Source: an uncultured Chromatiaceae bacterium
GTDB taxonomy: Bacteria > Pseudomonadota > Gammaproteobacteria > Chromatiales > Chromatiaceae
Assembly (NCBI GenBank): GCA_964583605.1
Contig: CAZOWL010000006.1
Coordinates: forward strand, 14,976 to 78,975
Direction: 5' to 3'
DNA: 64,000 bases
Position 1 is the first letter of the stretch, and each line of letters starts with the position of its first letter. The notes under the pieces were generated by a model that had not been told where the DNA came from, did not search any database, and saw only the letters and a program-made list of their open reading frames with translations. This document shows positions 55,534 through 64,000 of the stretch, in pieces. Both the position numbers and the translations under genes were made by a program.

Positions 55534-58002
55534 CTAGTGTACCGTCTCAAGGGTGTGTGCCTGGCCATCGTCGTCGAGACGCAGCTCCGCCGCGCGCTGC
55601 ACCGCGTCCCAGTGCCACGCCTCGGCTGCGGCTGGGCGCCCGTCAAGGACCAGCGCCGCAGGCCGCTCAGGCAAGTGCAGGCGCAGGATCAGCGCGCGGG
55701 GCGTTGGCGTGTAGCGGCCTCTGCGAGCGCCGATCGCGAGGCCCGCTCCAGCGTCCTGCCCGGCGAGCCAATAATCTGTCTCGGCGATCAAGCCGTCGCG
55801 ATACCCGAAGCCGTCCCCGGAGTCCTCGATCAGCGTCCAACGTCCGCTCGCGCTCGGGTCGGGGTAGAGCTCCAGTGTGAGCTGGGTCAGCGGCTCGGCC
55901 GTGGATTGGCGAATATTGCCGAGGGTCAGGATACTGCCGCCGCGAATCAGGATCGGGATGGTCTCGAGTGGGGCATCGGCCACCCAAGCGCCCGCCTGCG
56001 CCGCGTCCGAGACGCAGGCGCCGGTGTGAAAATCGTACCAGGTGCCAGGCGGTAGCTCGACCAGGCGCCGGCGCACGCCGGGCTGATAGACCGGGGCGAT
56101 CATTAGCTGCGGGCCGATCATCACCTGATCCTCGATCTGATGCAGGTGGGCCGTCTCTGGGAAGTCGTAGAGGAGCGGTCGGAGCAGCGGCTCGCCGGTT
56201 TGGTGGGCGCGATGCGCCAGGGTATATAGGTAGGGCAGCAGGCGGTAGCGGCGCTCGATGGCCGCTCGGGCCACCCGCTCGATCTCGGGTCCGAACGCCC
56301 AGGGCTCCTGCGGGCGACTGCGATAGTGGGTGTGGCCACGCATGAAGGGGTAGAAGGTGCCGAGCTCGATCCAGCGCGCGAAGAGCTCGGGAAAACAGTT
56401 GTGGTAGAAGCCGCCGATATCCACGCCGACATGCGGCGAGCCGCACAGCCCCATGCTGGCCAACTGCGGCAGGCTCATCTCGAGATGCTCCCACCAGGCG
56501 CTGTTATCCCCCATCCAGGTCGCCGCCCAGCGCTGCACGCCGACGAAGCCCGAGCGCGTCAGCACCCATGGTCGGCGATCCGGCCGCAGACGCGCGAGGC
56601 CTTCACTGGTGGCTCGTGCCATCAAGGCCCCGTAGAGGTTGTGCGTCTCGGCATGCAGCGCCTCGCCCTCATCGCCGTGCCGGGACGCAAGCGGGATTGG
56701 CTGATCGCGGACCCCGCGCACCCCGAATGGTCGATCGACAATTGCGGGCTCGTTCATATCGCACCAGACGCCATCGACGCCGGCCTCGAGCAGGCCGGCA
56801 TGCTGTTCGCCCCACCAGCGTCGGGTGGCGCTGCGACAGAAATCCGGGAACAGGGACTCACCGGGCCAGACCCAGCCGGAGAAGAGCTCGCCGTTGGGCC
56901 GGCGCACGAAGTGGCCCTCCGCGACGCCCTCGTCAGCCACCTGGTATCCGGCATCAAGAGCCTTCTTGACGCCAGGATCCACGATGACCACTGCCCGGAT
57001 GCCCTCGGCATGGAGGCTCGCAACCGTCTCGGCCGGTCTCGGAAAACGCTGCCGGTCCCACGTGAAGACGCGATAACCATCCATGTAGTCGATATCGAGA
57101 TGGATTGCCTCGAGCGGGATGCGCCGCGCACGGAACTCGCGGGCGATGGTCCGCACCTCTTGATCGGAGCCGTAGCTCCAGCGTGATTGGTGGTAACCGA
57201 GTGCCCACAGCGGCGGCAATGCCGGCCGACCCGTCAGCCGCGTGAGCTGCTCGACGACGACAGCCGGCGTCGGGCCGGCGAAGACGAAATAGTCCAGCTC
57301 GCCGCCAAGGGTGAAGAGGGTCAATACCCCTTCTTGCTCAGCCCCGACATCGAAGGCGCTATACCAGCTGGAGTGGAGGAAGAGCCCCCAGGTGAGGCCC
57401 GGGCGCATAGCGAGGAGCACCGGATGGGCCTGATACATGTTGTCGTTGCCTCGGCAGTGGCCGGGCGAAGAGCGGTCGACGGTCCAGTGCGTCAGGCGGC
57501 GATGGCGGCGGTCGAGTCGACCGGTGCGCTGGCCGAAGCCGAAATAGGCCTCTCCCGGCGCCATACGCTTGTCGAGAAAGCAGGCCGTTCTGGCTGGTCC
57601 TGGCGGTAGCTCGGTGTCCGGGGTCTGCTCCAGCGCGGTCTCGCGCACGGACATCTCGCGCCACTGTGGTGGGCCGATGTCCTCACCGAGCGGCCATCCA
57701 GCCGGCGTTTGGAACGCGACCGCGCCGGTCGCCAGGTCGATGCTCGCGCTAAGCCCATCGGCGCCCAGGTGACATGTTGGCCCCTCCTCGGCGACCGTCA
57801 GCTCAGCGGACGGCAGATCCAACACAGGCTCCCAATTGCGGCGTGGCGCAAACCGGCCCGTCGGCGAGAAGCGGACCCTCAAGATGTCCGCCGCGACGGC
57901 GTCAATCTGAGTGCACCCAACCTCGTGGAAGGCGCGGAATGCCGAGGCCAGGATCTCCGTGCCCGTAACAGGCCCGGGGTGGCGGCGGGGAAGGTCGTGC
58001 AT
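55534..58002 (-). CDS. Glycoside hydrolase family 31 (alpha-glucosidase-like)
   Basis: VDGVWCDMNEPA (GH31 nucleophile motif WxDMNE), HLDIDYMDGYRVFTWD and WMGDNSAWWEHL. Confidence 0.85.
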   Translation of the reverse strand: MHDLPRRHPGPVTGTEILASAFRAFHEVGCTQIDAVAADILRVRFSPTGRFAPRRNWEPVLDLPSAELTVAEEGPTCHLGADGLSASIDLATGAVAFQTPAGWPLGEDIGPPQWREMSVRETALEQTPDTELPPGPARTACFLDKRMAPGEAYFGFGQRTGRLDRRHRRLTHWTVDRSSPGHCRGNDNMYQAHPVLLAMRPGLTWGLFLHSSWYSAFDVGAEQEGVLTLFTLGGELDYFVFAGPTPAVVVEQLTRLTGRPALPPLWALGYHQSRWSYGSDQEVRTIAREFRARRIPLEAIHLDIDYMDGYRVFTWDRQRFPRPAETVASLHAEGIRAVVIVDPGVKKALDAGYQVADEGVAEGHFVRRPNGELFSGWVWPGESLFPDFCRSATRRWWGEQHAGLLEAGVDGVWCDMNEPAIVDRPFGVRGVRDQPIPLASRHGDEGEALHAETHNLYGALMARATSEGLARLRPDRRPWVLTRSGFVGVQRWAATWMGDNSAWWEHLEMSLPQLASMGLCGSPHVGVDIGGFYHNCFPELFARWIELGTFYPFMRGHTHYRSRPQEPWAFGPEIERVARAAIERRYRLLPYLYTLAHRAHQTGEPLLRPLLYDFPETAHLHQIEDQVMIGPQLMIAPVYQPGVRRRLVELPPGTWYDFHTGACVSDAAQAGAWVADAPLETIPILIRGGSILTLGNIRQSTAEPLTQLTLELYPDPSASGRWTLIEDSGDGFGYRDGLIAETDYWLAGQDAGAGLAIGARRGRYTPTPRALILRLHLPERPAALVLDGRPAAAEAWHWDAVQRAAELRLDDDGQAHTLETVH

Positions 58003-58130
58003 CGAGTGCCTGCTTGCAGGGCAGCGATGGCGATAGTCTACACGTGCAGGATGACGGGGCGTTATCAGAGGCGCTGCATCGCCGTCGTCAGCTGAGCGTT
58101 CTCACCTGAAAGGGGCAGCTGAACCTGGGC

Positions 58131-58793
58131 TTAAGGGCCCCAGGCCCTGAGCATGCGCTCGATCTGCACGTACTCGATGTCCGGTCGCGCCCGCAGCTGC
58201 TCAGCCACCCGCTCGGCCGTGCCGGCCCAATCGATCATGAGCTGCAGCGTGCCGTCCGACTCGACGGTCGCTTGCGCCACGTAGGGAGTCGATCGCAACA
58301 GCGACTCGGCCAGTGCCGCGACCTCCTCCTCTTGGCTCCCGGCGTCTTGCCGCGCCAACACGGCCGCCGCGTCGGTGTCCGCGGCGAAATGAATCAACAG
58401 GCGGTCCTGGTCGGCGAACGGGGTGTCGGCAGGATCCGGTCTTGTCGTGACCGCATCGACCGCTGGGTCGGCCTCGACATGCCCAGCGATCTGCGCCAGG
58501 GCCGCCGCGCGTGGGATCCGCAGCACCAGCTCGGCCCCCGAAGTGACCCGCTCTGCCTCCAGGGGTGCACCGATCGACTTGGCGATGGAATCGAGCCAGG
58601 GCGCGACGGCCTCGGGGGCAAAGGCCGCGCCTCTTAAGACCTCCTGGATATGGCGGGCGGCAGGATTTGCGCCGCTCGGTTTGACGATAAAGGTCGCGGC
58701 CACAACGGGCTCCAGGGCGGCGCTGCTGCAGGCCCATCCAAGCCACAGTAGCGTCAGCACCGCCGGCAGCAGCAGAGAACGATATCCTCTCAC
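58131..58793 (-). CDS. Secreted protein of unknown function, third gene of the subtilase-exosortase operon
   Basis: Signal peptide MRGYRSLLLPAVLTLLWLGWACSSAA, Ala/Asp/Glu-rich, no recognisable motif. It starts 40 nt after the exosortase stop on the same strand. Confidence 0.65.
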   Translation of the reverse strand: MRGYRSLLLPAVLTLLWLGWACSSAALEPVVAATFIVKPSGANPAARHIQEVLRGAAFAPEAVAPWLDSIAKSIGAPLEAERVTSGAELVLRIPRAAALAQIAGHVEADPAVDAVTTRPDPADTPFADQDRLLIHFAADTDAAAVLARQDAGSQEEEVAALAESLLRSTPYVAQATVESDGTLQLMIDWAGTAERVAEQLRARPDIEYVQIERMLRAWGP

Positions 58794-58833
58794 AGTAATC
58801 TCCTCGTCATAAGGGTTTCCGCGCAGGCGCGCA

Positions 58834-59409
58834 TCAAGGTGCGCGGGCCGTCCCGACTCGGTCGCCGCTGACCGCAGTCACCCCTCGCGTCGCCCGGCGA
58901 TGCCAGAAGATCAAGAAGGCCGCCGTACTGATCACGACGACGCTGTACCCGAGCACGTCGTGCGTCAGTGTCCAGTAGTCGGGATGGATCACGGCGACAT
59001 GGAAGGCGGCCAGGATGCGCAGCAGATTGATGCCGATGGCCAGCGCTAAGCCGCTGGCGATACCGACGGCCTTGACGACAACGGGCTGGGGCAGGCTTGC
59101 CACCCAGGCGATGATGAGCAGCCCGGGGACGACGCCCGTGCAGCCATAGACGATCCGCAGTCGGAAACCGCCCGGGTCGATGATCGTCGCGTCGCTGACG
59201 GTCACTGGCAGGCCGGTCATCGCCAAGGCGAGGCCATAGATCTCGGCGTTCAGGCGATTCCACGGGCCGAAGATCTCGCGCAGACCAGGCGTCCACTCGA
59301 TGACGGCCACCAAGACCAGCACCACGCCCAAGGCCAGCGCCTCGCGGGGCGGACGTGCCCCGCGAGCGCCCAGCGATGGCCAGAGCGGGCCATCGGATCC
59401 TGGCCTCAT
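58834..59409 (-). CDS. Minimal exosortase/archaeosortase-family transpeptidase (191 aa)
   Basis: Multi-TM protein with the family's Cys/Arg/His signature in the right order: RIVYGCTGVVPGLLII, GINLLRILAAFHVAV. The ATG overlaps the subtilase stop (ATGA); the track ORF N-terminus (to 59559) overlaps the subtilase gene. Confidence 0.7.
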   Translation of the reverse strand: MRPGSDGPLWPSLGARGARPPREALALGVVLVLVAVIEWTPGLREIFGPWNRLNAEIYGLALAMTGLPVTVSDATIIDPGGFRLRIVYGCTGVVPGLLIIAWVASLPQPVVVKAVGIASGLALAIGINLLRILAAFHVAVIHPDYWTLTHDVLGYSVVVISTAAFLIFWHRRATRGVTAVSGDRVGTARAP

Positions 59410-61286
59410 GCGCGGGACAGCGAGCGGCCCCGCCAACCGAGCCAACCAAGCATGAAGGCAACCAAGGCCCCCAGGCTCCAGAGCGACATGCCCGAGCCGC
59501 TCTGCGTCACCGTGACCTCGACGCAGACCGTCTCGTCGCCGGTGCTCACGTTGACGCACACCGGGCCACCGACGCCGGCTGCGGTCAGGGTCGCCGCGAC
59601 ACGGCCCTCGGCGTTCGTGTTGCCCGTCGCCGGTTTCACGGTCACGACGCCCGTCCCTTGGCTAGCGAACTCCACCGGGACATCAGATTTCGGCGCACCC
59701 GCCATCATCACGGTCGCAACGATACTCGCCGACTGCTCAGCCTCCAGACCGACCTTCATCCGATCGACCCGCAGCATGAGCTTGTCGGGGGCCGGCTCGC
59801 TGGTGCTGAGCAGGCCAGCCCCGCAGGGCTTCGGACATTCGGTACTGTCGCGAGGCAAGGCGGAGGCCTGGAGCCTCTGCAGTACCTGATCCGGGGTCAG
59901 GTTGGGCTCTTCCGCCAACAACAGTGCGGCAACACCGGCGACATGCGGTGCGGCCATCGAGGTGCCGTTGTAGAGGGCATAGCCGCCCTGCACCATGCTC
60001 AAGACGCCGTCGTCGTTACCGTCACCGTTCGCATCCTGGGAGACATCGCCGCCCGGGGCCATGATCTCGACGCCGGTGCCGAAGTTGGAGTAACGCGTGA
60101 CCAGGCGCCCTCTGTAGTCGCTGGCTGCAACCGTGATGACGCCGTCACAGCCCGCGGGTGTGTAGCCAGCCACATCCCTCGCCGAGTTACCGGCCGCCAC
60201 CACGACCGTGGTGCCGGCCGCCACGGCATCATTGATCGCCGATTGCGTGGCCGGCGAGCTGCTGCAGGTCCCAGTGCCGCCGAGGCTCAGGTTGATGACC
60301 TGCGCCGGCTGCGGGTTGTTCGGCACACCGGGCACGGACAGGCCCGCGGCCCAGCGAATTGCGTCATTGATGTCCGCGGTCGTTCCACCGCACTTACCCA
60401 GCACCCGCACCGGAAGGATGCGCGCCTGCCAGTTGATCCCGGCCACGCCGTCGCCATTGTTCGTCTTGCCGACACCGATGGTCCCAGCGACATGGGTGCC
60501 GTGCCAGCTCGAGGGGAAGTCTCGCGGCGGATAACCCTGCCCGCACTCACCCTGCGAGATGGCATCCCCGGGATCGGTCGGATCGGCATCGCGGCCGTCG
60601 CCGTCGTTGGCGATGAAGGTCGAACTGATCATGTCATAGCCCGCCCCCAGGTTCGGCGAGCCGCTGATGTCGGGATGATCGGGCAGGATGCCAGTATCGA
60701 TCACGGCCACCGTCACATTCGGATCACCAGTGGTCTCCGCCCAGCGCTCAGGCAGCCCGATGCCGCCCGGGACCTGCCCGGACCCGCTGCCCTGCGTGAA
60801 GTAGTGCCATTGCTCGGGGTAGCGCGGATCATCCGGCGTCACGGCGAAGTGCTGCCAGACCCAGTTCGGCTGCGCATACTCGACGTCATCGCGCGCGTTG
60901 AGGCGCTCCACTGCCTCCATCACCCGATCGGCCTCGGGTGCGCCCGCCTCCATGATTCCCATCCCCTGCGCGCCGACCAGCTTGAGGATCTGCTCGCCGC
61001 CAGAGGTCAGCCTCTCGGCATCCGGTAACGCCATGCTCGATTGCAGCTCCGCCCCCAGGGCGCTGACACCGGCAATCGGCTCCTTGAACTTGACGATCAC
61101 CTCATCGGCGACGAACAGCGGCTCTGATGGCATCGGCATCACGTCCATCTCGGGCTGCATCGCCGGTTGGGCCATTACCGCACCGGCGATAACAGCCAAC
61201 GATAACAGCGACACGGCACCCAAGCGCCTGACGCGCTCTAGGTGCCGCCCTGAGACGGGCGCTCGCTTCGCAATCTCTCGGCTCAT
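59406..61286 (-). CDS. Secreted subtilisin-like (S8) serine protease with Ig-like domain and C-terminal sorting signal
   Basis: Strong RBS (AAGGAGAAGG) and signal peptide. I9-like propeptide (VIVKFKEP...DVEYAQPNWVW). Catalytic D (VAVIDTGI), H (SWHGTHVAGT) and S (NGTSMAAPHVAGVAALL). The C-terminus is SGSGMSLWSLGALVAFMLGWLGWRGRSLSRA (motif, hydrophobic helix, basic tail). Confidence 0.9.
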   Translation of the reverse strand: MSREIAKRAPVSGRHLERVRRLGAVSLLSLAVIAGAVMAQPAMQPEMDVMPMPSEPLFVADEVIVKFKEPIAGVSALGAELQSSMALPDAERLTSGGEQILKLVGAQGMGIMEAGAPEADRVMEAVERLNARDDVEYAQPNWVWQHFAVTPDDPRYPEQWHYFTQGSGSGQVPGGIGLPERWAETTGDPNVTVAVIDTGILPDHPDISGSPNLGAGYDMISSTFIANDGDGRDADPTDPGDAISQGECGQGYPPRDFPSSWHGTHVAGTIGVGKTNNGDGVAGINWQARILPVRVLGKCGGTTADINDAIRWAAGLSVPGVPNNPQPAQVINLSLGGTGTCSSSPATQSAINDAVAAGTTVVVAAGNSARDVAGYTPAGCDGVITVAASDYRGRLVTRYSNFGTGVEIMAPGGDVSQDANGDGNDDGVLSMVQGGYALYNGTSMAAPHVAGVAALLLAEEPNLTPDQVLQRLQASALPRDSTECPKPCGAGLLSTSEPAPDKLMLRVDRMKVGLEAEQSASIVATVMMAGAPKSDVPVEFASQGTGVVTVKPATGNTNAEGRVAATLTAAGVGGPVCVNVSTGDETVCVEVTVTQSGSGMSLWSLGALVAFMLGWLGWRGRSLSRA

Positions 61287-61527
61287 AACCTTCTCCTTTT
61301 GCGTATGGATTCACCCTGACCATGTGCTACGGGGCATCCGCGACCGGCTGCCATTAAGAAAGGTAGACGGCGGTAGCGAAACCCGCAAGGAGCTGGCACG
61401 GCGATCTGCGCGCGCGCAAGAGCATGGGATGCGCGCCCCGCGCTGCTACGCGGGCCGCCACATGTGAGGCAAGATCAGTGCTGACTTCCCGATTTCGCTG
61501 GCACGTCACCGCGGTCAGGGGGGGTCA

Positions 61528-62430
61528 TTAACGGGTGACTGCGCTTCCCGCGATGGCGCCGAGCGCCGACCAGCGGGAGCCGGGGAACAGGAGCAGCCTG
61601 GGCAAGGCCCTGTAGGCACGGAAGGAAAACCGGCTGACCCAACCAAGCTCGTTTGAATCCCACAGGCGCGACCCGCGTCCGTTCGCGCTCAAGGCGTCGA
61701 ACAACGTCATTGGCGTAAACGCGCTGCCCTCAGACGTTAGCCGATCGAGGATCTCATCCAGCCAACCCAGGGTCAGCCAGGGCTGACGCTCCGCCGGTGC
61801 CGGCTGGCTGCGGAACTCGGCGAAATTGTCGGGATGGAAGACCAGTACGGCCCAAGGATTGAAGCGCGCGTACTGCGCGCCGACGTGAAACAGGTCTGCC
61901 ATGTGCGATCTGTCGAAGCGGCTGGTCTTCGGGATGACGATCGGCACGGAAATCGATTTCGGTCCAGATCGGGCGCGAATGCCTCCGCCCAGGAACCGGA
62001 ATCCGGTCTCGCGAGCCGCGATCAACGTGAGCCGGTCGAAGGTATTCCACGGTGGAACGAAGCCGTTGATCGGCGAGGAAAACGCGCGCTCGAGCACGTC
62101 TCGGCCCCGCTTCATCATCGCCAACTGCTCCGCCAAGGGCCGGCCCGCGAACTCCGTGGGCACCCCGCTGCGGGTGGTTGCATAGCGCTGGTGCGCGAGA
62201 CCGTGCAGAGCGACCTCGATCAGGCCTTGCTGGTGGGCGTCGACCAGGTGCGGGACGTCGGAGGCCGTGAGCGGCCGTGTGACATCGGCAGGATCGTACG
62301 GAACGACGGCAACCGTCAGCGGTACATCGTGCTTGCGGAAGAGCGCCAGGATCCTGGCTTCGAGGCTGTGATCGCTCGATGCGGACGGATCATCGAAGCG
62401 GAAGCTGATGCGCACGTTGTCGCCCTCCAC
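61528..62430 (-). CDS. Polysaccharide deacetylase-like (NodB/DUF2334-type) protein
   Basis: ISFRFDDPSA..., LTVAVVPY, EVALHGLAHQ and GFVPPWNTF. GTG start. Confidence 0.65.
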   Translation of the reverse strand: MEGDNVRISFRFDDPSASSDHSLEARILALFRKHDVPLTVAVVPYDPADVTRPLTASDVPHLVDAHQQGLIEVALHGLAHQRYATTRSGVPTEFAGRPLAEQLAMMKRGRDVLERAFSSPINGFVPPWNTFDRLTLIAARETGFRFLGGGIRARSGPKSISVPIVIPKTSRFDRSHMADLFHVGAQYARFNPWAVLVFHPDNFAEFRSQPAPAERQPWLTLGWLDEILDRLTSEGSAFTPMTLFDALSANGRGSRLWDSNELGWVSRFSFRAYRALPRLLLFPGSRWSALGAIAGSAVTR

Positions 62431-62477
62431 GAAACCGCCAATTCAGCGCCGGATGGCTGTCGCACCGCCTCGTCCAA

Positions 62478-62720
62478 TCATCGTCGCTTGGCCGATTCGA
62501 CGAGGCGGGCGAGGGCGGCGATCGTGTCCGCCTCGACGGCCTCCTCGATCGGAATGTCAACCGCGAACGTGTCCGCGATCGCCTCCAACAGCTGGATATG
62601 CCCCAGGGAGTCCCACCGCGGCACCGAGCCCGGACCCGAGTCCTCGCTCAGTTGCTCGATCGCGCAGGAAAAGGTCTCGCATGCCAGCCGTTTGATTTCC
62701 TCAATCGTAGCGCTCGCCAT
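62478..62720 (-). CDS. Acyl carrier protein
   Basis: 80 aa, acidic, four-helix pattern with the phosphopantetheine-attachment context PRWDSLGHIQLLEAIADTF. Confidence 0.8.
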   Translation of the reverse strand: MASATIEEIKRLACETFSCAIEQLSEDSGPGSVPRWDSLGHIQLLEAIADTFAVDIPIEEAVEADTIAALARLVESAKRR

Positions 62721-62731
62721 CGATAAGCCTC

Positions 62732-64000
62732 TCAGCTCAGTCTTCGCAGTACTGTCGGCCCGTCAATCTCGAGCATCCGACGCTGAATCTTGCCGTTGCT
62801 CGTCATCGGGATCTCCGAAACCGCATAGTAGGCGACTGGAACCTTGATCGGGGTAAGCTCCGCGGCGAGCGCAGCGTCCAACTCTCCCTTGGAGACCGCA
62901 TCTCGTAGGACCAGAAACGCGACCGGCGCGGCGCCGCGTGTCGGGTCCTGTATGCCTCGCACGGCAGCGCTCTCAACCATCGGTAGACGGTTCAACGCCG
63001 CCTCTATTTCCAGCGGCGAGACCTTCTCCCCAGCGACGTTGAATATGTCGTCAACCCTTCCGAAGAGCTTGACGTAGCCACTATCGATGCATGCCAGGTC
63101 GCCGGTTATCAGGTAGCCGTCTCGGGTGAACGCCTCACGGGTGCGTTCCTCGTCGCCGAGATAGCCCGGAGAGATATTCTTGCCCCTGACCGCCAGCACG
63201 CCGATCTCGCCGTCCGGTAGGCTCTCGTGGTTCTTCGGATCGATTATACGGGTGTCCACGCCCGCCATCGCACGGAGGCTCGAGCCTTCGACAAAACGCG
63301 GATCGGAGTCGGAGACGAAGGCGAGCCTCGGACAGGCCTCGGTCATACCGTAGTTGTTGAACACCTTCGCGTTGGGGAACATGGCCCTTATCGGTTGCTG
63401 AAGGCTCGTGTCGAATGCCGCACCGGCGGAGCACACGACCTTGACCGACGGCAGCTGAACCCGCGTCAGGCGGGAGAACTTCGCCAAGGTCAGGAACGTG
63501 GACGGCACACCGCAAAACGATTTGATGTCCTCGTTTTCGATCGTTCGGATCACTGCCAACGGATTGCGCAGGCCCGCCATCAGCCTCACGTAACCACCGA
63601 CGAATAACTGGCACAGAACCTGCGAAATCAGGCCATAAGCGTAGTACAGCGGCAACACGGCCACCGTGGAGGCCGCCTCTCGATAGCCGAGGTAATCGGA
63701 CACGGCCGAGCACGATGAAACCAGGTTCTCGTGCGTCATGATCACACCTTTGGGAGACCCGGTCGTCCCCGATGTGAACATGACCAGGGCCGGACGAGCG
63801 GGATCTGCCTCGGACAAGGGCTCCAAGCCCACATAGGCATGCGATGATAATGGCTCCAAAACCGTTCGAACCTTGCAGGTTCGCAAGATTCCGTCGAGCG
63901 GGTGATCGGGTAACTGAGGATCTATCGGTACCGGCGTGTTACCGCTATACAACGTCCCGATCAGCGTAACGATGAAATCTATCGATGGCGTTGCCTTTAC
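62732..64000 (-). CDS. AMP-dependent acyl-CoA/acyl-ACP ligase (5' end beyond the window)
   Basis: FTSGTTGSPKGV (AMP-binding motif I), YGMTEA, ITGDLA and SNGKIQRR. The frame stays open upstream of the track start to position 64000 (..KATPSIDFIVTLIGTLYSG..), so the gene is truncated by the window edge. Confidence 0.85.
   Translation of the reverse strand, partial: VKATPSIDFIVTLIGTLYSGNTPVPIDPQLPDHPLDGILRTCKVRTVLEPLSSHAYVGLEPLSEADPARPALVMFTSGTTGSPKGVIMTHENLVSSCSAVSDYLGYREAASTVAVLPLYYAYGLISQVLCQLFVGGYVRLMAGLRNPLAVIRTIENEDIKSFCGVPSTFLTLAKFSRLTRVQLPSVKVVCSAGAAFDTSLQQPIRAMFPNAKVFNNYGMTEACPRLAFVSDSDPRFVEGSSLRAMAGVDTRIIDPKNHESLPDGEIGVLAVRGKNISPGYLGDEERTREAFTRDGYLITGDLACIDSGYVKLFGRVDDIFNVAGEKVSPLEIEAALNRLPMVESAAVRGIQDPTRGAAPVAFLVLRDAVSKGELDAALAAELTPIKVPVAYYAVSEIPMTSNGKIQRRMLEIDGPTVLRRLS

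Noticed and set aside
59355-61028. 557-aa ORF on the plus strand opposite the subtilase gene. Similar cases: 19206-20222, 20760-21530, 27636-28496, 32186-32986, 33988-35139, 43075-44130, 46517-47437, 52328-53386 and 61834-62847.
   Set aside because: All lie antisense to genes with clear family motifs. They have Arg/Gly/Pro/Ala-dominated low-information sequences and no independent support. They are treated as non-coding shadow frames.

Overview
High-G+C proteobacterial chromosome segment. Gene order suggests a gammaproteobacterium: hemA-prfA-prmC, ispE-tRNA-Gln-prs-rplY-pth, mfd, purL and a baeSR-like pair. I call about 50 genes; all family names come from motifs read in the translations, with no database search. 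The housekeeping blocks are broken up by accessory material.

- (1) 1-3914: a tightly coupled operon of four small membrane proteins plus a P1B-type ATPase with an SCA metal-site motif. This looks like a ferrosome (fez)-type cluster. One small protein resembles magnetosome protein MamC, and two are Pro/Gly/Tyr-rich paralogs.
- (2) A ~120-bp two-hairpin MITE-like repeat occurs at 13 loci. It supplies or overlaps stop codons of four genes, truncates a HEPN-type gene relic, occurs in tandem, and occurs as head-to-head pairs. One pair is nearly empty (9.7 kb). The other brackets a lower-G+C gene for a secreted ClpP-fold protease (45 kb).
- (3) 46391-49897: an orphan 1168-aa polytopic membrane protein of unknown family.
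- (4) 58131-61286: a subtilase with a non-canonical C-terminal sorting signal, translationally coupled (ATGA) to a minimal 191-aa exosortase-family protein and followed by an unknown secreted protein. An acyl-ligase/ACP/deacetylase block lies next to it.
- (5) 11.3-11.7 kb: a near-consensus sigma-54 promoter, a ~290-nt GC-rich structured non-coding stretch and a terminator-like hairpin.
- (6) Tandem secreted paralogs with a conserved 4-Cys C-terminal module, downstream of an M1 peptidase.

No CRISPR array, transposase, integrase or prophage genes were seen. Many long ORFs in the six-frame track are antisense or MITE-derived artefacts typical of high-G+C DNA.
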